Shown: positions 50,901-62,682 of the stretch, in pieces
How positions within the stretch are numbered: the first letter of the stretch is position 1
How the letters are laid out: the number at the start of each line of letters is the position of its first letter
Assembly: GCA_951804945.1 (NCBI GenBank)
Contig: OX638150.1
Span: forward strand, 68,324,001 to 68,388,000
Direction of reading: 5' to 3'
DNA: 64,000 bases
From: Podarcis cretensis
Lineage: Eukaryota
Translations under genes and position numbers: made by a program
Notes under the pieces: generated by a model
Told to the model about the DNA's origin: nothing
Databases searched by the model: none
Seen by the model: the letters and a program-made list of their open reading frames with translations, nothing else

Positions 50901-52895
50901 GTGAGAGCTGGACCATAAATAAGGCTGATCGCCAAAGAATTGATGCTTTTGAATTATGGTGCTGGAGGAGACTCTTGAGAGTCCCATGGACTGCAAGAAG
51001 ATCAAACGTATCCATTCTTAAGGAAATCAGCCCCGAGTGCTCACTGGAAGGACAGATCGTGAAGCTGAGGCTCCAATACTTTGGCCACCTCATGAGAAGA
51101 GACGACTCCCTGGAAAAGACCCTGATGCTGGGAAAGATGGAGGGCACAAGGAGAAGGGCACAAGGAGATGGTTGGATAGTGTTCTTGAAGCTACCAGCAT
51201 GAGTTTGACCAAACTGCAGGATGCAGTGGAAGACAGAAGTGCCTGGCGTGCTCTGGTCCATGGGGTCACGAAGAGTCGGACACGACTAAACAACAACAGA
51301 CTTCCGGGTTAGCGCCATCGGCAATGGCGGCGTTCCTCTGATTGAGAGGAGTGATAAAAGGAACTTGTGTCCCTCTAAAGGGAGCTTTGTCATATTGTCG
51401 TAAGGATGCAGCTGGGAAATTGCTTTTAAAGATAAAAGCTCTGAGAAACTAGTTTTTGACCTTGGACTGTTTAAGGATGGCGGTTGGGAAGGAAGTCGAG
51501 TGTGAACTGAACAGGACATTTTATCTGTTGGGAAAGCTGCAAGACCAGATAAATGTTATGGCTACCAATGTTGTAATCTTGGGAACAAAAGTGGGCATTA
51601 GTAAAGAAGCTGACAAGAACTTGGCACAGGAACATCTTCCAACTGAACAAATCGAAGAATTTGAGAAGGAGAAACTTGTTGTGATTAAAGTGATGAAAGG
51701 GGGAGCCGTAACCCTACAAAAGCAAATGGTGGATTATAATTCGAGGCCCTACATGATGGCAACCAGGAGGAGCCAGTTTTTGGAGATGGAAGCCTGGCTT
51801 GGTTTGGAAAATGAAAGGATTTGCTGAAATATCTATATGAATTAGAATACAAAGAGGGGAGATGTGAGGAGGTCAAGGAGATAAGTTAAGAAAAGGAGTT
51901 ATATTAAGGTTTAATTTGTTCTTTTGCTTTTTTGGATTTGTATTCTTTTTTCCTTTTTAGCTGTTTTTGCTTTTTTATTTTCCTATTTTTATTTTTCTCT
52001 TGGATATGTTTTGTTTTTATATATTGTGTTTTTCTTTGTAACCTTTTAAAACTTGAATAAATATTATTGAAAAACAACAACAACAACATCTTCTACATCC
52101 TTTGTTATACTGAAAGTGCACCCATAATGTGGCTTGGAAATATGCAATTTACTTTAAATGTCACAGGGCATGGATTTGAAGATAATCAAATCAATGGAAA
52201 ATGGTGTAATCAGTTAAATAGGAATAACTGAATATACTGATTCATTTACTAGCTAACTGGGTACCATTTTTTTAATTTCAGTGGAATACCCAGCTGTGGT
52301 GCCGTGTGTGTTTAGAATTGTTCCCAAGTCTACCATTTATCTTACAAGAGCCATGTAGAGATTGTGAAGGAAGCATGGTGTGTGGTGGTAGTAGCTTTAG
52401 GGGGCATTAATGTTTGAAGTCTCACCTCACAAAGAGGTTCCTATTGGGTGGAAAGTGCTGGGCACTATCAGGAATGAAGAGCCCTGATGGATTGTGAATC
52501 TCACATGGCAAGACATTCATTCTGGTTCTTCCTGACATTCATCATTTCATGTAGGAGGAACCTTGAGAATAGACATGTTTCAGTATTCAAATGAATGTGG
52601 GAAAGGCTCAAGTGTGTGTGTGTGTGTTTTGGGGGGATGTGTGTCCCTATGTTTGACCAATGTCCTCTCCTTCATTTAGCTTTCAGACATCAAATACCAA
52701 GGTATGCAGGGAGATTTTAACTGGATTTAATTAACACAGGTGGAGCCTTCCTACACTCATCTGAATACATGAATAGTCTAGGGTTTGGTCCCTACACCTC
52801 TCCAAGAAAGAGAACTTTTGCAATATGAAATATGACTCACCTGAGTACAAAAAGAAGACCATCAGAGTGAGGAGGAGAAAGCTGCTTGGCTTCAT
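47968..52895 (-). CDS. Gene F: single Kazal inhibitor (4 exons, P1 Glu)
   Basis: Exons 52895-52841, 50371-50343, 48995-48886 and 48022-47968. Protein [82 protein letters not shown]. Splice sites intact; AATAAA near 47810. Confidence 0.9.
48570..48872 (+). mobile_element. BovB 3' fragment in intron 3 of gene F
   Basis: [30 protein letters not shown]; the tail ends ~15 bp from the exon 3 donor. Confidence 0.88.
49536..50138 (+). mobile_element. Solo LTR (TG...CA, ~600 bp) in intron 2 of gene F
   Basis: TGTGATGG...CCAGCACA termini with near-perfect 5-bp TSD GACTG/GACAG; GC-rich. Orientation is tentative. Confidence 0.7.
50490..51298 (+). mobile_element. RTE-BovB LINE, 3' RT portion, in intron 1 of gene F
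   Basis: ORF 50465-51202 [15 protein letters not shown]...[26 protein letters not shown]; outer TSD ATCTTCTACATCC at 50477-50489 and 52088-52100. Confidence 0.92.
51299..52075 (+). mobile_element. Non-autonomous L1-like element inserted into the BovB (CAA)n tail
   Basis: Starts GACTTCCGG...ATGGCGGC; short coiled-coil-like ORF 51456-51827; AATAAA and A-tail; AACAACAAC on both sides. Confidence 0.55.
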
Positions 52896-53837
52896 GATTT
52901 TTCTGGTGGGTTTGGATCTGTTGGCCTCTTAGTGCTTTTCCAAGCAGTAGATGCTTTTCAGATTCCACTGGTTACGATGAGGTATGGCATCTCTTCCATG
53001 TATTTATGGAAGTTTCTGCAGCCTTGATGATGAAATCTCCCAATTTCTGAGAAATATTTACACGTGCAAATGTGATTATACAGGACTGCAATGTTTTCTG
53101 CCAGTTTTAATGGTTCCCCTTAAGTGCACATTCCCTGTGTGTGCAAGAAATATTTGGCAACCAGATCCTTAGGAAATACGGCTTCTGATGCAATGATGAC
53201 ATTGCTGTTACAGGTCACAAAAAATGAGGTACAAACAAAACAGTTTTAGAAATTCTTGGATTCTTTTGACCCAGGCAATCATTTTAGCACAAAGAAAAAC
53301 AAATGAGCCTTACTCGTTCAGCATGTATGTCATAAAATAAAAGAGGTATTGTTGTCCCAGAAAGCAATACAAACACATTATATACGTCAAACACACTTAT
53401 TATCTTTAATTGTTTAAAACCACAGAAGTGGAAAACAAGCATAGAGAAAACAAGATTTGCTTGATAGGAGAAAACAAGCCATGAATGTATGGCGTGAGCA
53501 TCTTGGATTTCCATTGTTTGAGGCCATTTTCTTCTGAATACAAGTTACTGGGAAAACAGCAGGTGGGTCCAGTGTTTTTGCCCTCAGGTCCTGCTTGCAG
53601 GCATCCCATAGGCATCTGGTTGTCAGCTGTGAGAACAGGATGCTGGGACAGAAGAGACATGGGCATGATCCCACATCTTGGCCAATTTTGGAAACAAGAA
53701 GCTGGCAGGAGAAAGTCTGGACCTTGGGTCTGGAGAGTTTGGAGGATTCCAAATCTTGGCAGAGCTATGTCCCACTTTGTCGCTCAAAGGAGCTTCCCCT
53801 GATCCTATGCATTTTTACTCAGCAGTAAGCCTTATGA

Positions 53838-54184
53838 AGGGACGCAGGTGGCGCTGTGGGTTAAAGCCTCAGCGCCTAGGACTTGCCGATCGAAAGGTCG
53901 GCGGTTCGAATCCCTGCGGTGGGGTGCCCAGCGCCTGCCAACCTAGCAGTTCGAAAGCACCTCCAGGTGCAAGTAGATAAATAGGGACCGCTTACCAGCG
54001 GGAAGGTAAATGGCGTTTCCGTGTGCGGCTCTGGCTCGCCAGAGCAGCTTCGTCATGCTGGCCACGTGACCCGGAAGTGTCTCCGGACAGCGCTGGCCCC
54101 TGGCCTCTTAAGTGAGATGGGCGCACAACCCCAGAGTCTGTCAAGACTGGCCCGTACGGGCAGGGGTACCTTTACCTTTACCTT
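53838..54184 (+). mobile_element. Sauria SINE with TSD TAAGCCTTATGAAG
   Basis: TSD on both sides; empty site in the duplicate at ~59888-59901. Confidence 0.92.
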
Positions 54185-55309
54185 AAGCCTTATGAAGTAA
54201 GGATTCTCTTTCAAGGAAGAGTGAATAGGATTGAAGCCTGACACTTTATCAGATGTTTGCACAACATGGGGGTACTTCCTGCCATTCCCTGCCATAAGCA
54301 GATATTCTGATGAGCAGTTGAGTTGCCTTCCAGTGGAAAAGGCTGATGGGCGGACACTATTTTCTCTGCTCTGTTGAGATTTCCTTGTGGAACAATACCT
54401 GTGAAAGTGAGGAGCTCTTCTGCCTTTCTCTCTCACTAAAACAAGATGGTTGCTGCCTCTAAGAGAAGTCCTAATGAACTGGGCAACTGGGCATATGCAG
54501 AACAGGATGATGGATCTGGTGGGCCATTGGCCTGATCCAGCAGCTGCTTCTTACGTTCCCCTTGGGCAGCAGAACGGTCTCCCCTTCCCACTCTCCTCCT
54601 CTGCATAGCCTAACCTGCCCTAGGGATTTCCCAAATCCACCAGAGCAACATAGGCAACACAGTATGAAACCCAGGTGGGGAAAGCAAGGAGGAGAGAAAT
54701 CCCATTGCATTAACATTAAGTCTTCTGATGGCACAATGATGTAGCTGGGTACCCAATTGAATGGCCTATATCAATTATATATTATATCAATTGATTTACT
54801 ATGTGTATTTTTCTCTTATAACTATGTCAGGTGTTTTTTTTTAATTTGCTTCGATTAAAAATCAATAGAAAAGCAAAGAAATGTATCATGGCAAGGGGAT
54901 GGGATTTAGCCTCAGTGTCTAACTAATCACCTTGCTCTCTACAGGTGGTTTTTTTTGGGTTTTTTACTCTGCAGAACTCAATTGCCAGAACTCAGAAATG
55001 TAATAGTCGAAAGGGAGAAGATTCTCCTGATTGTTTGACTCAGTTCCCTGATTGTGCGTTATTAGTAACAAACTTCAAGACCAATCTCTTGCCCAAATCA
55101 TATAATATTTTTAAGAATAGATAATACACAAATAAATATATGGAGAGTTTGATAATGTTGCTGAGCTTATTTATTGATAAACCGAATTAAGATGTTGCAA
55201 GATATTCACTGGCTCACAGAGGATAAGCAAAGAGAAGAATGGATTTATTTTTTTGTGGTGATGCGATGAGTGAATCTTAAAGAGTAATGGGACTTCTTTT
55301 GCAGGTGTT

Positions 55310-58300
55310 TCATAGTCTTGTGCATCTTCCTAAGTATTTCAGTTCCAGCTTTCTTCCACTTTTGCTAATGAGAAAAAAGAAGTAAATAAATATGAGAATT
55401 CATAAGATGCAGCTTTCATTATAACTCCTGAAAGAGAAATACTATATAGGTGGGAAAGCTTAGGCCATCATTGCTCTGTGTCTTGGGGATGGGAAAGGGC
55501 TGAGGAAGAATCCTGTCAGAGACCCTGGAAAACAGCTTCCTGTCAGCCTAGCCAATATTGAGCAAGAGGGACCAATATTCTTTTCAGGTCTACCCTTTGT
55601 GGAAGATTCCCCTTTGCCCGTCTTCATTGTAAATCTGAGTCAAACTACTCCAGGGGTAAACGTTCAGACATTTACCTAGAGCAATTCCAAGATCCACATT
55701 AAGGAAACACCTAGTGTAGGCCTTTGTTACCTTCAGAATAATGTTCTTACTATCCCCTAATTCCCTGATGGCTTTTTTGGTTATTTTTCTTCTGGGCCAA
55801 CCCTACTACTTTTTGCGTTGAGTCTGGCCTGGTGGGATGGCGATAGAGCCCATTTGGGCATATTTCCCCTCCCCGTGCCCCTGGATCACTCTTAGAAGCA
55901 GTAACAAGAGTGTCAGGAGGGTGGTGCATGTGAATAGCCCTCCCAAGCCACTCCATCTTCAAATTCAGGGCTACCAACAAATTAGCTCTGCTCACCATGT
56001 TCCTTTGGGCTCCATAAGCAACACATAACTCAGGAGAGGGGTTTCCCTCCGCTTGACTTTCCCTTCTACATGGGTGCTGATTCTCTTTTTCTTTTCAGTT
56101 CTTTTATTTACATCTCACCATGCTTAGTGAAAATATAATCATGTACTTTTTAACTTCCAACAAAGATGTCTGGGGGGGGGGGAATGATTCCTGCACTCCA
56201 GGAGGTTGGACTACATGACTCTCGGGGTTCCTTCCAACTGCATGATTCTTTGATATACTCACATATATGCATTGCAGAAGAGACACTGGTTTCCATAGGT
56301 CTTGCCATCAGAGCCACAGTGGGGATTAAGCTCCCTGGTGCATACTGGTTTTGGATACCCTTTGCAATATTTCTGAAGATGAAGGACACAACACTTTTAA
56401 ATGTCCTCCCAACTTAACTTTTGGACTGCAAGGCCTTTCTGAATGTGACATGATTAAGAATGAGGCAAAGATGAGGAATGCAAATGACAGTACGCCAAGT
56501 ATTATATTAAGGTGTACATTCAAGCACATGAAATGCTGATTTATCATTCTGGCAAGCAGTGAATTGTGTGATAAAGTTGTTCTTGGGGCATGTGATTTGG
56601 TGACATGGTAAGGCCCCATTGCGGGGGCTGAAACCTGCCAAATTATAGATCATCAGTGCCAGGGATTTCATGCAAGATACCTTAAAGTTTAAAATATTGC
56701 AGGGTTAGAACAGGTACAAAGTTTTTCACGCTGCAAAACAAAAATTGCAAACATGAGAAAATTAATCCTGTCAAATTGCGAGTGGGCAGCTCCAGGGGTT
56801 TCATGCTTGACACATTTAAGAGTGGTTTTTGCAAATAAATACTTCTTTAAGAGAAAAACACAATGAGTGCCTAGATTCATAAGACAGTGGCTAAGTAATA
56901 TGCCTGCAAGGTTGGGTGGTCTGTCTAGTAATAACAGAAAACCCCACTAGGCTACTACAGAACACAGTGGTAGTGCAACTCGTACAGCACATTGGCAACA
57001 AATATTCACACAGGTGTTCAAAAATAATTTTACACCATTTATCAAATATGTGAGACAATTACTTACAAAGTGCCATGAACACTTACAAACTACCTAAAAT
57101 AAAGTGAACTTGCAATATCAGATTTTCTACGTTCTTACAAATTCTTGACTCAGTTTTTCGTTTTTTCTTGTTTTTCAAATAAGTTCAAGGAGATTCAAGA
57201 AAAGGGCAAGTTCAACATTGTTCCCAGTAGCTGTGAGGTGCTGATGAAGCAGCGTATAAGAACGAAGACAGGGTTCCAGCGTTCTATCCCCGTTTTGCCT
57301 TAGCAGTCCATGCAATTGAGAGGCTGCTGTTTCGCCCCCAGTGGGGCCAATTTGTTGGGGTTGGCAGATAGCACACTCCCTGAGCACAGTTTTCTGGGCT
57401 TCTTCAGTTGTCTCATGCCATGTGTCTATTAGTGCTAACTGATAATAATCCAAACGGAATCTTATCAGAATCAACATAATACACTTCTAGGTGTTAAATT
57501 AGATACAAAGTAAATATAATTTCTCCCACTATATAGAAAGAATCAATTTTCATGCAAAAGTTCATAATTATGTACTTACATATCTCTGAAGAGACAATTT
57601 CTTGGCTTAAGCATACAAGACTGAATAGCTTAGCAAGGTAGCCCTGTTTGATTACAGATATATATATACATTCTCTCATTCTAGGTTTTTGAACAGGTGT
57701 TTTACATTAGTAGAGAGGTGAGGTTGTGAAGTAGAGGCTGGACATGATACTATTAATACTTACATCTCATACATTTCACATCCAGATACACATTTCAATA
57801 CCCATTGCTGTAATTAAATGAAAACTGAAAGATCTAATTCGGAATTTAATCCTACTGGCTGTAATGTTTTAATATTCAGGGAGTGTGCTATCCACCAACC
57901 CCAATGAATTGGCCCTGTCTTCTTTATTATACGCTGCTTCATCAGGACCTCACAGCTACTGGGAACAATGCTGAACTTGCCCTTTTCTTGAATCTTCTTG
58001 AACTTATTTGAAAAACAAGAAAATACAAAAAACAGAGTCAAGAATTTGTAAGAACCTAGTAAAATCTGATATTGCAAGTTCACTTTATTTTAGGTAGTTT
58101 GTAAGTTTTCATGGCACTTTATAAGTAATTGTCTCTTTCTCACATATTTGATAAATGGTGTAAAATGATTTTTGAACAACTGTGTGAATATTTGTCGCCA
58201 ACGTGCTGTATGAGTTGCACTATTTTGTTAATGACACAGGTTGCATTTTTCTAGTAGTACGACAAAACACAAGCTGAGACTTTCTTACAAATTGTGGGTA

Positions 58301-58382
58301 GCAACTGGAACTAATAATAATTCCACCGCCTTTTTTTAAAAAAAGGGATGGGACTAGAGATGTGAAACCATGGGGAAAACCC

Positions 58383-58451
<69 letters not shown>

Positions 58452-58575
58452 AATAATTAAAAATTCCACAAGAAATATAAATTCACTTATCTTAACTCCA
58501 TGCTACTTCCATGTTCTATCATAAGAATAAATGATTTCCTACTTACCTCTTCAAATGATGCTTTAACAACAACAT
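55310..58575 (-). pseudogene. Gene G: Kazal inhibitor copy with intact exons 2-4 (P1 Arg) but lacking exon 1 and promoter
   Basis: Exons 58575-58547 (DVVVKASFEE), 56372-56263 ([36 protein letters not shown]) and 55364-55310 ([18 protein letters not shown]). Intron-1 homology stops at ~58757 and no MKPSS-type exon is found before gene H. Confidence 0.8.
56967..58256 (-). mobile_element. Penelope-like element relic with long inverted repeats, in intron 2 of G
   Basis: Inverted repeat ~56971-57273 vs ~57913-58222. Minus frame ends IKTLQPVGLNSELDLSVFI*, resembling a PLE GIY-YIG C-terminus. Imperfect 14-bp TSD TACTACAGAACACA/TACGACAAAACACA; absent from gene E intron 2. Confidence 0.65.
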
Positions 58576-61027
58576 CTAGATGCAAAACACAGAAAATGTG
58601 AAAATTATTTTGCAAATCCATATGCTGCATAATAGTCCATTTGATAACATTTATTTCTAGGAACTGAAAAGTGAGGTGCATTGTATCTTGTACATCCTTT
58701 GTTATCCTAAAAGTGCATCTATAATGTGCCTTGGTAATATGCAATTTCCTTTAAATGGGACAGAAGAGACATGGGCATGATCCACCAGCGATATTTTTAT
58801 GTTCTTCTGATGCTCAGAGTATTCACACAAGGTCACCTTCCCCATTTTTCTGATTCTCTTTGAAGTAGCATTTTGCCATAGATTTAAAGGGGGAAACCCC
58901 CCAAAAAACCCTAGAAATGAATATATGCTAGGATTTTGATTAATTGGGTTATGGATTAAAATACAAGCTGCAGGGCTGTGCCAGACAGAGAATTCCTGGA
59001 CTGTCTTATCCAAACCAGCCTGGTTGGCTTAGCACAGAGCAAACCTGTTAACATGAGAAAAAGTGTTGATGGGCCATCATGGAGGAATCCACGATAGGGA
59101 TGTTAACAAGGTGATGGAGTGTATGTTTAAGGTGACAGGAAAAGGGAGTCTGGAAGCAAAGGATGCTGGGAAGAAGAAGCAGGAGGAAGAGCTGGAATCC
59201 ATCTTGGGAAGGCTGTCTAAAGGCTGACTGAAGGCTGCCTTCGCTGCTGTAGGGTGCAAGTGCCTCTTGAAATGGCCATAATTGTAAGATCTGGACTCCC
59301 TCCATGCAGATTGAAGGTGTATATAGCTTAAGAAATTTGTTTCTTAAAGCCACAACAGTCTCCGTCGCATCCTCAATTCTCCAAAGAAACACAGACCCTG
59401 TGTGGGCGCCTGGGACACCATGGCCTGTTGCCACCACTTGGCTGAGAAAGGGGCAGACACTCGACTTTGGTAACAATATTAATTCTATTGAGATCATAGT
59501 GGTTTGGAAAGATCTTGATACTTCTAAAAAGAAGGATGATGCAACCATCATTCAGCAAAAATATAGAACTAAGGAGTCGCACCTACAATTTTGAGGCGTG
59601 AATTCTGCTTCATCTCCTTCCTAATCACCACAGCATCTCTCTCCAGCCCTTATGCCTTTGCTTATTAGCCACCCATGTATAGTCCACACCAGCATCACCT
59701 CTCCATTCACCACACTAGCAGTTCTCTGCCCAATTTCCCTTATATGTTTGGGTGTGTTTTACATGATACTGAAGAAATCTGGACCTTGGGTTCGGAGAGT
59801 ATTGAGGGTTCCAAATCTTGGCAGAGCTATGTCCCACTTTGTCCCTCAGAGGCACTTCTCCTGATCCTATGCATTTTTACTCCGCAGTAAGCCTTATGAA
59901 GTAAGGATTCTCTTTCAAGGAAGAGCGAATAGGATTGAAGCCTGACACTTTATCAGACATTTGCACAACACGAGGGTACTGTCTTTCCCTGCCATAAGCA
60001 GATATTCTGATGAGCAGTTGAGTTGCCTTTCAGTGGAAAAGGCTGATGGGCGGACACTATTTTCTCTGCTCTGTTGAGATTTCCTTGTGGAACAATACCT
60101 GTGAAAGTGAGGAGCTCTTCTGCTTTTCTCTCTCACTAAAACAAGATGGCTGCTGCCTCTCAGAGATATCCTGAATGAACTTGGCAACTGGGCATATGCA
60201 GAACAGGATGATGGATCTGGTGGGCCATTGGCCTGATCCAGCAGCTGCTTCTTACGTTCCCCTTGTGCAGCAGAATGCTCTCCCCTTCTCTCTCCTCCTC
60301 CTCCTCCTCCTCCTCCTCCTCTGCATAACCTAACCTGCCCTAGGGATTTCCCAAATCCAGCAGAGCAACATAGGTGACACAGTGAGACATCCAGGTGGGG
60401 AAAACAAGGAGGAGAGAAATCCCATTGCATTAACATTAATTCTTGCGCTGGCATAATGATGTAGCTGGGTACCCACTTGAATGGCCTATATCAATTCATA
60501 TAATGGCAACTGAATTTTCAATGTGTACTTTTCTCTTATTTCTCTGTCTGTTTTTTATTTTCTTCTATTAAAAATCAATAGAAAAGAAAAGAAAGGTATT
60601 ATGACAGGGGGGTGGGTCCTAGTCTCGGTGTCTAACTAATCACCTGGCTGTGTACAGGTGTTTTTTTTGGGGGGTGGGGGTTTAATCAGCAGAACTCAAT
60701 TGCCAGAACTCAGAAATGTCATACACGAAAGGGAGAAGATTCTCCTGATTGTTTGACTCAGTTCCCTGATTGTGCGTTATTAGTAACAAACTTCAAGACC
60801 AATCTCTTGCCCAAATCATATAATAATTTTAAGAATAGATAATACACAAATAAATGTATGGAGAGTTTGATAATGTTGCTGAGCTTATTTATTGATAAAC
60901 CGAATTAAGATGTTGCAAGATATTCACTGGCTCACAGAGGATAAGCAAAGAGAAGAATGGATTTATTTTTTTGTGGTGATGCGATGAGTGAATCTTAAAG
61001 AGTAATGGGACTTCTTTTGCAGGTGTT

Positions 61028-62088
61028 TCATAGTCTTGTGCATCTTCCTAAGTATTTCAGTTTCAGCTTTCTTCCACTTTTGCTAATGAGAAAAAAGAAG
61101 TAAATAAATATGAGAATTCATAAGATGCAGCTTTCATTATAACTCCTGAAAGAGAAATACTATATAGGTGGGAAAGCTTAGGCCATCATTGCTCTGTGTC
61201 TTGGGGATGGGAAAGGGCTGAGGAAGAATCCTGTCAGAGACCCTGGAAAACAGCTTCCTGTCAGCCTAGCCAATATTGAGCAAGAGGGACCAATATTCTT
61301 TTCAGGTCTACCCTTTGTGGAAGATTCCCCTTTGCCCGTCTTCATTGTAAATCTGAGTCAAACTACTCCAGGGGTAAACGTTCAGACATTTACCTAGAGC
61401 AATTCCAAGATCCACATTAAGGAAACACCTAGTATAGGCCTTTGTTACCTTCAGAATAATGTTCTTACTATCCCCTAATTCCCTGATGGCTTTTTTGGTT
61501 ATTTTTCTTCTGGGCCAACCCTACTACTTTTTGCGTTGAGTCTGGCCTGGTGGGATGGCGATAGAGCCCATTTGGGCATATTTCCCCTCCCCGTGCCCCT
61601 GGATCACTCTTAGAAGCAGTAACAAGAGTGTCAGGAGGGTGGTGCATGTGAATAGCCCTCCCAAGCCACTCCATCTTCAAATTCAGGGCTACCAACAAAT
61701 TAGCTCTGCTCACCATGTTCCTTTGGGCTCCATAAGCAACACATAACTCAGGAGAGGGGTTTCCCTCCGCTTGACTTTCCCTTCTACATGGGTGCTGATT
61801 CTCTTTTTCTTTTCAGTTCTTTTATTTACATCTCACCATGCTTAGTGAAAATATAATCATGTACTTTTTAACTTCCAACAAAGATGTCTGGGGGGGGGAA
61901 TGATTCCTGCACTCCAGGAGGTTGGACTACATGACTCTCGGGGTTCCTTCCAACTGCATGATTCTTTGATATACTCACATATATGCATTGCAGAAGAGAC
62001 ACTGGTTTCCATAGGTCTTGCCATCAGAGCCACAGTGGGGATTAAGCTCCCTGGTGCATACTGGTTTTGGATACCCTTTGCAATATTT
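61028..62088 (-). CDS. Gene H: exons 3-4 of a Kazal inhibitor (P1 Arg), near-identical duplicate of G; 5' exons beyond the right edge
   Basis: Exons 62088-61979 and 61082-61028: [54 protein letters not shown]. Differs from G by one E>K change in exon 4. Exon 2 is expected at ~64260. Confidence 0.85.
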
Positions 62089-62682
62089 CTGAAGATGAAG
62101 GACACAACACTTTTAAATGTCCTCCCAACTTAACTTTTGGACTGCAAGGCCTTTCTGAATGTGACATGATTAAGAATGAGGCAAAGATGAGGAATGCAAA
62201 TGACAGTACACCAAGTATTATATTAAGGTGTACATTCAAGCACATGAAATGCTGATTTATCATTCTGGCAAGCAGTGAATTGTGTGATAAAGTTGTTCTT
62301 GGGGCATGTGATTTGGTGACATGGTAAGGCCCCATTGCGGGGGCTGAAACCTGCCAAATTATAGATCATCAGTGCCAGGGATTTCATGCAAGATACCTTA
62401 AAGTTTAAAATATTGCAGGGTTAGAACAGGTACAAAGTTTTTCACGCTGCAAAACAAAAATTGCAAACATGAGAAAATTAATCCTGTCAAATTGCGAGTG
62501 GGCAGCTCCAGGGGTTTCATGCTTGACACATTTAAGAGTGGTTTTTGCAAATAAATACTTCTTTAAGAGAAAAACACAATGAGTGCCTAGATTCATAAGA
62601 CAGTGGCTAAGTAATATGCCTGCAAGGTTGGGTGGTCTGTCTAGTAATAACAGAAAACCCCACTAGGCTACTACAGAACACA

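Noticed and set aside
50452-51261. 269-aa minus-strand ORF
   Set aside because: Antisense shadow of the BovB RT frame.
56971-58222. Tc1/mariner or MuDR DNA transposon (TA...TA ends, long TIRs)
   Set aside because: Comparison with the empty site in gene E shows the insertion extends past the inverted arms with an ~14-bp TSD, and it carries a PLE-like C-terminal remnant. Not fully excluded.
15185-62088. One multidomain ovoinhibitor/SPINK5-like gene
   Set aside because: Each Kazal unit has its own terminal exon with stop and AATAAA, C-F each have their own signal exon, and E is on the opposite strand.
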